A stretch of 37,805 nt of DNA from Candidatus Krumholzibacteriia bacterium. GTDB lineage: Bacteria; Krumholzibacteriota; Krumholzibacteriia; WVZY01. Below are positions 1 to 7,683 of this stretch, in pieces. The stretch is from positions 1 through 37,805 of the forward strand of contig JAZGDW010000040.1 in the NCBI GenBank assembly GCA_036478295.1. Direction: 5' to 3'. The stretch's first letter is position 1; each line of letters opens with the position of its first letter. The translations under genes were made by a program, and so were the position numbers. The notes under the pieces are model-generated. The model was not told the DNA's origin and did no database searches. It saw only the letters and a list, made by a program, of their open reading frames with translations.

Positions 1-149
1 GACGAATGAGGCGCTTACCCAGTCATTCCAAACGCATGGCAGATATCCCCATTTCTCCATCCATGAAAGCTCGCCTTCCCATTCTGTTCCCCTAGTTGGT
101 TGTCACCCCTCCCTTTTTGTTTTCCCAGCTCGTTGTCCATCCAAGCAAC

Positions 150-163
150 TTGATAAAAATCAA
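150..163. promoter_or_regulatory. Crp/Fnr-type palindrome TTGAT-AAAA-ATCAA
   Basis: Exact match to the FNR consensus TTGAT-N4-ATCAA in an AT-rich patch about 90 bp upstream of the first CDS. Confidence 0.55.
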
Positions 164-250
164 TTTATTGTGAGAGAAAGCGGTGACCAAGACGTGATAA
201 CATAACGGGTTATCCTGCTCGATCTGCCTTTTCTCGTGAGGAAATCCGCC

Positions 251-1705
251 ATGACGACTCGTACGTGGCGACCGCTGCTCAGCCTGCGTTCGCTCCTCTG
301 CGGGGTCGGCACGATCCCCTTTCTTCTAACAGTCGTCTCTTGTACCCAATCCCTCTCACAGTCACCTGGCCAGGTTCTCGCAAAGGATGCTATGTGGGAG
401 CCCCCGGCCTTGTGGGAATCCCGCACGCCACCAGGTTCGCTGTGGGCGCAGCAGGATCAAGCGCCAAACGAGGAATCGAAGCAAGAGGTTTGGGGCGACG
501 ATGACTGGGACGATGAGGATGAAGAAGGCCCCGGAAGGACCTTTTTCTACAAGGAAGTTGTCCTCTCCGGATTGTATTCTCCCGCAGGCGTCGTGGGGAT
601 GCCGATGAATGACGCGACGACGGATCACTTCGAATTGACACAACGGCCCCCTGGTAATTATATCGGCGTGGATTACGTCCGTACTTTCAACTCTTCCTCC
701 GTGCTCAATAAGCAGCTGTTGCCGAGGTGGTTGCCGTTGAGCGCCCTCGATTTTCATCCGCGGCTCGCGCTCGACCGGATGTCGCCGGACGATGGCGCCG
801 GGTCACACGCGATGGACGGAGGATGCCCAATGGGGGCGGCCCCCACGCCAAACCCCAAACAAGACCAGCCCGCCCGGAAGTACCGGGCCAGCCCACTTTG
901 TGGCCACCCAAGTCCACCATCCACTCGCATAAGATTCGCGCCTCAGGATTTCTGGGTGCGTTTCAATCCGGTGAGAAAAGACCGGCTGGCGCTGCGTGTG
1001 GGGCAGTTTGTCATCCCTTACGGAGTGAACCCGGTTCTGGCGCCCAGGCAGCGTTTCATGCTGCCGCTCGAAGCGATCGACCTGGGGCTCAAATGGGATT
1101 GGGGAGTTGATCTGAAAGGACCGGTCGGAGGATACGACTGGGAGTTCGCCGCAACCGTTGGCTCCGGTGAAGTTCCCCGTTCTCCGCATCTCTTCGAGAA
1201 CTCGGACCGTGGGAGCTATTTGATTACCGGACGGATCGGCACCCCGACTTATTGGGACTTCCAGTACGGCCTCTCCGCTCTCTACGGTGACCTGCCCATG
1301 ATCCGCGCCGCCGCCCGCTTGAGTGATATGGCGATTTCCCGCTGGAGAGTGGGGTTAGATACGTTCCACAAGGCAGGAACCTTTTTGATGGCCGGTGCGC
1401 AGGTGACGTACGGGCAGGACGGTTTTTCAGAGGATGGAATGGCGACTTTGGACGTGTTGGGTTATCGCGTCTGGGTGGACTGGGTGGTGCCCCAGTTTCT
1501 CGATCTGCGGTTTGCGAGCCAGTTCGAGTCGATCATTCGAGATCTGTCGGCGTCGAGTAGCGACGACACAGCGCTTGTCTTCGAGTCCAATTATTCGCTT
1601 ACAACACTGGTATCCATCGTGTTGGACTATCGTTTGGAGTTTGATCGATCCATGGGAGACGAAAACAATGCATTTTTTCTCACGTTTGTGTACTACGGGC
1701 GGTAA
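251..1705 (+). CDS. Exported protein, probable outer-membrane beta-barrel/porin-like
   Basis: ORF 236..1705; ATG 251 follows GAGGA. Hydrophobic N-terminus (possible lipobox VVSC), amphipathic strands (LRVGQFVIPYG, WDWGVDLKG), aromatic C-terminal strand FFLTFVYYGR. Confidence 0.6.
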   Translation: MTTRTWRPLLSLRSLLCGVGTIPFLLTVVSCTQSLSQSPGQVLAKDAMWEPPALWESRTPPGSLWAQQDQAPNEESKQEVWGDDDWDDEDEEGPGRTFFYKEVVLSGLYSPAGVVGMPMNDATTDHFELTQRPPGNYIGVDYVRTFNSSSVLNKQLLPRWLPLSALDFHPRLALDRMSPDDGAGSHAMDGGCPMGAAPTPNPKQDQPARKYRASPLCGHPSPPSTRIRFAPQDFWVRFNPVRKDRLALRVGQFVIPYGVNPVLAPRQRFMLPLEAIDLGLKWDWGVDLKGPVGGYDWEFAATVGSGEVPRSPHLFENSDRGSYLITGRIGTPTYWDFQYGLSALYGDLPMIRAAARLSDMAISRWRVGLDTFHKAGTFLMAGAQVTYGQDGFSEDGMATLDVLGYRVWVDWVVPQFLDLRFASQFESIIRDLSASSSDDTALVFESNYSLTTLVSIVLDYRLEFDRSMGDENNAFFLTFVYYGR

Positions 1706-3422
1706 TCACACACGCGAGGGTCGATCATCCCGATCGTCGCGCGCTGTCGTAATTACGTGGATATCGATTGCTATCGCTATGTGCGTCGCCGCCACGGATA
1801 CCGCCATCGCGGTGACGCCGTCCTTTACCGACGTCGCCGGAGAATCCGGCGTTCGCTTCCGCCATACCTTTGGCGCGGACAAGCTCGAGAGCATACTCAT
1901 GACAACGGGCAGCGGTTGTGCGATGTTCGATTACGACAACGACGGCTGGCTCGACGCGTTCCTGGTTAACGGTACTTACCTGGACAAGCAAGGCCGCCCC
2001 CTACCCAACAAGCCCGCCTACCACGCCCTGTTTCATAACCGAGGTGACGGCAGTTTCGAGAACGTGACCGAAGACGCAGGTCTCAACGTACCCTCGTATG
2101 GCCAGGGATGTGCATGCGCTGACTACGACGGTGACGGTTTCACGGATCTCTACATCACGAACTACGGACCCAACCAGCTTTACCGGAACAACGGTGATGG
2201 GACGTTTGAAGACGTTACCGAACGGTCCGGAACAGGAGACCCGCGCTGGGGAGGTGGCGCTGTCTTCTTTGATTATGATGGGGATGGTGACCTCGATCTC
2301 TTCGTGGCGAATTATGTCAAGTACAGGCCGGACATGAAGGGCGTACATGCGTCCTCTTTTTCCAAACGAACCGGATTCCGATTCTTCCCGGGACCTCGTG
2401 ACTACGAAGCCGAAGAGGACATTCTTTATCGCAACAACGGCGACGGGACGTTTACGGATGTCAGCGAAGAAATGGGTCTCGTCTCCGGAGGGAAGGGACT
2501 CACGGTCGTTGCCGTGGACCTGGACAACGACGGAGATCAGGATGTGTTTGTCGCCAACGACGCAACACCCAACTTTTTCTATCGCAACGATGGAGCTCGA
2601 TTCGCAGAGATTGCCCTGCAGGCCGGCATCGCATACGACCCGGACGGGGCGGAGACTGCCGCCATGGGCGTGGACGTCGCCGACGTGGACGGGGACGGGC
2701 TTATGGATCTCTATGTGACGAACATGATCTTCGAATTCAACAATATGTACCGGAATCAGGGAGATTTGATTTTTGAAGACGCATCGAGAGATCTTGGCCT
2801 GGACAAGGATAACTACCGTCATGTCGGGTGGGCAACTCGCTTCGTGGACTTCAACCACGATGGCTACCTCGACTGTTTCGTCGCCAATGGTCACGTTGTC
2901 GACTATATCGAGGGGTTCTCTCAGAGCATCACGTACCCCCAGCAGAACATGTTGTTTGTGGGAAACGAAAACGCACGCTTCGAAAACGTTGCGGACGATT
3001 CCGGAAAGTGCTTCAAACGAAAACGGGTCAGCCGAGGGGGCGCGTTCGGCGACTACGACAACGACGGGGACATCGATATCCTGATCTCCAACTCCGGCGG
3101 GCGCGCTGAACTTTTGCGGAACGATCTGCCTGCCAATGATCGTTGGATAAAGGTCCGGCTGTCAGGACACCCCCCCAACACGCACGGGATTGGAGCCAAG
3201 GTTCTAGTCCGATTCGGCGACCGTGTCATTTCATCCGGGGTTTGCTTCGCCAGCAGTTACCTGAGCAGCAGCGATCCGACCGTCCATGTGGGGCTACCGG
3301 CGGGCATTACCAGTGGCACCGTGGAAATCATTTGGCCTTCGGGAAAGCGATCGATTCGAGAAGTCCGTGCGGGAACGTTGATTGTCATTGAAGAGCCTGC
3401 AGAGCCAAATACCTCTGAATAG
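1668..3422 (+). CDS. CRTAC1-family protein (FG-GAP/VCBS repeats plus ASPIC/UnbV C-terminus)
   Basis: Repeated D(Y/F/L)DxDGxxD motifs, LYRNNGDGTFxDV, C-terminal GIGAKV...SYLSSS...VHVGL...IIWPSG. Start uncertain (ATG 1668 after GGGAG, or ATG 1779). Confidence 0.88.
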   Translation: MHFFSRLCTTGGNHTREGRSSRSSRAVVITWISIAIAMCVAATDTAIAVTPSFTDVAGESGVRFRHTFGADKLESILMTTGSGCAMFDYDNDGWLDAFLVNGTYLDKQGRPLPNKPAYHALFHNRGDGSFENVTEDAGLNVPSYGQGCACADYDGDGFTDLYITNYGPNQLYRNNGDGTFEDVTERSGTGDPRWGGGAVFFDYDGDGDLDLFVANYVKYRPDMKGVHASSFSKRTGFRFFPGPRDYEAEEDILYRNNGDGTFTDVSEEMGLVSGGKGLTVVAVDLDNDGDQDVFVANDATPNFFYRNDGARFAEIALQAGIAYDPDGAETAAMGVDVADVDGDGLMDLYVTNMIFEFNNMYRNQGDLIFEDASRDLGLDKDNYRHVGWATRFVDFNHDGYLDCFVANGHVVDYIEGFSQSITYPQQNMLFVGNENARFENVADDSGKCFKRKRVSRGGAFGDYDNDGDIDILISNSGGRAELLRNDLPANDRWIKVRLSGHPPNTHGIGAKVLVRFGDRVISSGVCFASSYLSSSDPTVHVGLPAGITSGTVEIIWPSGKRSIREVRAGTLIVIEEPAEPNTSE

Positions 3423-3502
3423 CCCGCGGGCTGTCTCGCAGCTACGGCCTGTCAGGGATTGGCATATTGATAGGACAAGATCTGGGGCGGCGATCTCAAT
3501 AA

Positions 3503-3516
3503 TTGATATTTATCAA
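3503..3516. promoter_or_regulatory. Crp/Fnr-type palindrome TTGAT-ATTT-ATCAA
   Basis: Exact FNR consensus in the intergenic region upstream of the lipoprotein triplet; CATAAT at 3551-3556. Confidence 0.55.
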
Positions 3517-3744
3517 CTTAACATTTATCGACTGAGCATGCGGCCTGTGTCATAATCTCCCGCGCAAGCACGTTCGGACCGGTCTCTGCCTTTCCGCCCG
3601 GACGGCGGCCCTCTAGTGCATCCAGTGACTCTCTGCCCTCGAGCGAGTGCCTCGCCCAGGAATCCATCACAACAATCGGACAAGACAGGGTAACCGGCCA
3701 AGTCGGGACCGAAAACAAGTCCTCTGGTCGAAAGACGTAGCCTT

Positions 3745-4665
3745 ATGCAGAAGCGCTTCCCCGTCACACTAGGGCTCGTCGCGTTGGTTGGTATTACGGC
3801 ATTCAGCACGCCCTCTTGCCGTGATGACACCACGGTACTTCCGTGCGCCGCCACCATGGTGACCATCGCGGGCATGGTAATAGGCGAAGATACGGGGATG
3901 CCGACCTCTGGAATCAGGGTATCGCTCCTCGGAACCGATTTCTCGAATCACGTGCCTACCGGAACCAGTGGTGCTTATGAGTTCCAAGTGCCTAAAGGAT
4001 CCAGGCTTGTTCTCATGACTGACGATTTCGATGCAAGTCAGGACGATTATGTCCCTTTGATCCACGTGGATCTTCCTAGCGTTGTGGCGAATAACAATAT
4101 GCTCGATGTTTTGACTCCAATACTCCCGTGGTCCAGGTGCGGGTTCGATACGTCTGGAATCGTGGCGCTCTGGGATGATTACCTCCAGAACGGTGACCAG
4201 AACAACGGTGAAGTGTTCGTGCCCACAAGCACGGCCGCGTCGGCAGGTGCGATCGCAATATTTTTTTACAACTGTGATAACGGACGGGATGGACCCGTCG
4301 ACGGCATGTCATATACGACCAACACACCCGAGTTTCCCATTGGCTATATGAACGCCGACAAGGTGTATGGCCCAAATTGGTCGGAGTATCTCCTCTGCAG
4401 GAACGGTCCGGATATCTTCCACCCGCCTTCCCGCACGACTACGGACTGGGCGGGGATGGCACTCAGCTGGGGCGACCCGGCGTTCACCAGAAGCACCGTC
4501 GAAATTACGATCACGGACACCGATGCACAGCGCGCACTCGCATTCCAATCGCCATTCGAAGTACCCGTCAGACCTGGTGCGCTCACCGCGGTCTTTGTCA
4601 CCGCTATCGATGGCCTTCCGAACAAGACAGTCAAGGAGTGGTTCACCTGTATGGGGTGGCGTTAG
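3745..4665 (+). CDS. Lipoprotein, paralogue 1 of 3 (N-terminal carboxypeptidase-regulatory-like domain)
   Basis: Signal peptide ending FSTPSC; MVTIAGMV..GIRVSLLGT..TGTSGAYEF; clear homology to the next two ORFs. Confidence 0.8.
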   Translation: MQKRFPVTLGLVALVGITAFSTPSCRDDTTVLPCAATMVTIAGMVIGEDTGMPTSGIRVSLLGTDFSNHVPTGTSGAYEFQVPKGSRLVLMTDDFDASQDDYVPLIHVDLPSVVANNNMLDVLTPILPWSRCGFDTSGIVALWDDYLQNGDQNNGEVFVPTSTAASAGAIAIFFYNCDNGRDGPVDGMSYTTNTPEFPIGYMNADKVYGPNWSEYLLCRNGPDIFHPPSRTTTDWAGMALSWGDPAFTRSTVEITITDTDAQRALAFQSPFEVPVRPGALTAVFVTAIDGLPNKTVKEWFTCMGWR

Positions 4666-4732
4666 TGAAAGTTGACATTCGTCGAATTCGGCCTCGCGGA
4701 GAAGTATTGTTCCAGTAAAGGAGGACGCAATT

Positions 4733-5647
4733 ATGCGACCGAACCCTAATGTAGAGCGTTGGCTCATCGTCGCACTGGTGGGGGTTGTGGCGTTCACTGC
4801 GCCCTCTTGCAGTGATGACCCAACAGGAACTAAAGTCGAAATGGTGACCATAGCGGGTGTCGTGATGAACATCGACCTGCAAGTGCCCGCTGTTGGAATT
4901 CGCGTTTCGCAGCTGGGTACAAATTACTCGGACGACGTCGCTACCGGTACCGACGGCGCCTTCGAGATCAAGGTCCCCAAGGGAACGAAGCTTGCTCTGC
5001 GCACCGATGATTTCTATGCCGGTCGGACAAACAAATGGGTCCCGTTGATCAATGTAGATTGGCCAAACGTCGTTGCGAACCGAGACATGCTCGATGAGCT
5101 GATTCACGCATGTCCGTTTACCCAGTGTGCAGCCCCACCGGATACGTCCGGAAGCGTGGCCATCTGGGACGTCTATCTTCAAAATGGGGACCAGAGCAAC
5201 GGGGACATGTTCGTGCCCACCAGCACAGCTATTGCGAGCGGCACCATAGTGATATCGATCTGGGTCTGCGAAAACGGCCAAGAGCCGAACGTGCCCGGAT
5301 TCTCGGTTACCTCCAACGTACCTGAGTTTCCGTTTTGTTACATTAATAAGGACAAGCTGTTTTTCCCAGACTTCGCGCTCTGCAATAACGGGTTGGATTT
5401 TGTGTACCCGCCATCACAGACTAGCACGGATGATTGGGGCAACGCGTATAGTTGGGGAGATCCGGCCTACACCGGGAACAGCGTGCAGCTCACAATTACA
5501 GACACGGATCCGCAGCGCGGACTGGACTGGCAGCCTTTTGACGTTCCCGTTCGGCCTGGCGAAATCACATTCATCCGACCATCCGCGATCAACGGCGTTC
5601 CAGATAAATCATTCGCGGAAATGCAGAAGTGCCTGGGAAACTTGTAG
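4733..5647 (+). CDS. Lipoprotein, paralogue 2 of 3
   Basis: AAGGAGG RBS; signal ending FTAPSC; shared WDxYLQNGDQxNG(D/E)xFVPT motif. Confidence 0.85.
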   Translation: MRPNPNVERWLIVALVGVVAFTAPSCSDDPTGTKVEMVTIAGVVMNIDLQVPAVGIRVSQLGTNYSDDVATGTDGAFEIKVPKGTKLALRTDDFYAGRTNKWVPLINVDWPNVVANRDMLDELIHACPFTQCAAPPDTSGSVAIWDVYLQNGDQSNGDMFVPTSTAIASGTIVISIWVCENGQEPNVPGFSVTSNVPEFPFCYINKDKLFFPDFALCNNGLDFVYPPSQTSTDDWGNAYSWGDPAYTGNSVQLTITDTDPQRGLDWQPFDVPVRPGEITFIRPSAINGVPDKSFAEMQKCLGNL

Positions 5648-5718
5648 CAGGAGCTGATATCAATGCGTACATCGAACAATAGCTCGAAATTCGTTTCCAA
5701 GTTGAAAGGAGAGAGGTT

Positions 5719-6633
5719 ATGAGATTGAGACGCTTTGAACCAAAACTCTGGCTGGTCGTTTCGCTGGTGGGTGTTGTGGCATTTGTTGCGCCCGGTTGCG
5801 GCGACGACGAAACCACAGGTCCTACAATCGACATGGTAACCATTGCGGGCATGGTGATGAACGTTGATACCGGCGAGCCAGCGCCCGGAATTAGGGTGTC
5901 GCTTCTCGATACCCCCTACGCGGATGACCTCGCAACTGGAACCGATGGCGCGTTTGAGCTTCAAGTACCCAGAGGGTCCGAGCTCCTTCTCAAGACAGAC
6001 GATTTCAACAGGAACCGAAAGGACGATTGGTTCCCGCTGATCAATGTGGAAGTTCCAACTGTCGTCGCCAATGGCAACATGCTCAACTGGCGGATTCACG
6101 CATGCCCCGTTACGCAGTGCGCGGATGGAGACACCGGAAGCGTGGCTTACTGGGATAACTACCTGCAAAACGGCGATCAGAACAATGGTGACATCTTTGT
6201 GCCCACGAACTCGGCCTTCACGAGCGGTGTGATCACTGTAATTTACTGGTTCTGCGACAATGGGGTGGAGACCTCCCCAGCGGGTCTGTCGGTTACGACC
6301 AACGTGCCGGAGTTTCCTGTCTGCTACATGAAGGAGGGCACCCAAACATGGTTCCCGGAGCTTGTGTGTACGAGCCCGGATGTCGTGTATCCGGCCTCGC
6401 GCGCGACAACAGACAGTTCCGGGTGGGTGATGAGTTTTGGAGATCGGGATTTCACGGGGGACACGGTGGAACTCACACTTACAGACACCGATCCGCAACG
6501 CGGGTTCGTATTCCCACCACCTTTTGATATTCCCGTGCGACCTGGAACACTGACGGCAGTCTTTGCACTTGCCGTCGATGGTGTTCCGAACAAAACCGTA
6601 GTTGAGCTCCTTACATGTTTTGGTTGGATGTAG
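5719..6633 (+). CDS. Lipoprotein, paralogue 3 of 3
   Basis: AGGAGAGAGG RBS; signal ending FVAPGC; same conserved motifs. Confidence 0.85.
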   Translation: MRLRRFEPKLWLVVSLVGVVAFVAPGCGDDETTGPTIDMVTIAGMVMNVDTGEPAPGIRVSLLDTPYADDLATGTDGAFELQVPRGSELLLKTDDFNRNRKDDWFPLINVEVPTVVANGNMLNWRIHACPVTQCADGDTGSVAYWDNYLQNGDQNNGDIFVPTNSAFTSGVITVIYWFCDNGVETSPAGLSVTTNVPEFPVCYMKEGTQTWFPELVCTSPDVVYPASRATTDSSGWVMSFGDRDFTGDTVELTLTDTDPQRGFVFPPPFDIPVRPGTLTAVFALAVDGVPNKTVVELLTCFGWM

Positions 6634-6664
6634 TCGGGGTGACACCTTGGTCACATTAGACAAG

Positions 6665-7663
6665 ATGGATCGATGCAAAACGGCCGATGTCGGACCTGCG
6701 ACGCACGTGTCGTGGATCAGGCATGCGTGCGCCGCGCTGGCGCTCACGGCGGCGGTGTGCCTCGCAATGCCCACCCCCGCCCACGCGCAGGCGTGGCTGC
6801 CATATAAGGGAGAAGGGGCGCTATCGTTTGCATATACGTTCTACAAGGGAGGCGATCACCTCTTCCCCGTCAGTGTTGACGGCCGAATCACCCGCGGCTA
6901 TCCCAGCGACGGCAAACGCTGGTTCCTGGGCGACTCGTACGGCAACATACTTAACCTGAGCTTCGATTACGGACTCGCAAGCAGGGTGGCCGTCAGTGGA
7001 AGTGTTGCGTATGCGATGACCCGTTACGACGGACGCGCCTGGTTCAACTTCGATCTCGACGACGGTGATTGGCACGGGACATTTCAGGACGTTGGGCTCG
7101 AGGTACGGGCGATGGCCCTGCAACGCCCGCTTGTGATAACGCCTCTTGTCGGTATTGGTGCGCCCCTGGACAACTACCCGACAAGCGGCCACGCCGCTGT
7201 CGGCAGGGGGATCAACGAGTTTCGGGTCGGTGCCTACGTCGGCTGGCAGATGTCGTTCTTGCCCTCGGCGTATCTGCACGGGAGTTATATTTATGGCATT
7301 GCCGAAGAGGTCGATAATGTGCGCTTGAAAAGGGGCGTTTTGGCGCTCGAGGCCGGTTATTTCTTGCCGCAGCGGTTGAGTGTGAGTGCGAATGCGAGCT
7401 ATCAAGACACGTACGGGGGACTCGAGTGGGCTTCCGCCGATCCCGACGCCGACGCGCACAGCGGTGGCGGCGAAGCACCGATCGGCGTGAACAAGGTTTC
7501 AGCGACGCGGTTTGCTCTTTTTGGCCTGGGCGCCGGCTTCTCTGTTGGGGAACTGGGGCTTTACGCTTCATGGAGCACGACCGTGTGGGGAGAGAATGTA
7601 GAAGACACGAACTTCCTGACCGTTGGCACAAGTTGGAGCTTCAGCACGCCCTTTGCCGACTAG
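6665..7663 (+). CDS. Exported probable outer-membrane beta-barrel protein
   Basis: Signal peptide ending AHA-QAW; alternating beta-strand pattern; C-terminal LTVGTSWSF. Start uncertain. Confidence 0.65.
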   Translation: MDRCKTADVGPATHVSWIRHACAALALTAAVCLAMPTPAHAQAWLPYKGEGALSFAYTFYKGGDHLFPVSVDGRITRGYPSDGKRWFLGDSYGNILNLSFDYGLASRVAVSGSVAYAMTRYDGRAWFNFDLDDGDWHGTFQDVGLEVRAMALQRPLVITPLVGIGAPLDNYPTSGHAAVGRGINEFRVGAYVGWQMSFLPSAYLHGSYIYGIAEEVDNVRLKRGVLALEAGYFLPQRLSVSANASYQDTYGGLEWASADPDADAHSGGGEAPIGVNKVSATRFALFGLGAGFSVGELGLYASWSTTVWGENVEDTNFLTVGTSWSFSTPFAD

Positions 7664-7683
7664 CCACCGTTGCCCACGCACTT

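Noticed and set aside
3745..6633. Lipoproteins as ApbE flavinylation substrates
   Set aside because: TSGAY/TDGAF lack the acceptor Ser/Thr of the (S/T)GA(S/T) motif and fit the carboxypeptidase-regulatory-like strand pattern
5467..6774. 435-aa minus-strand ORF (likewise 11910-12911, 15411-16343, 34781-35656)
   Set aside because: Antisense shadows of well-supported genes
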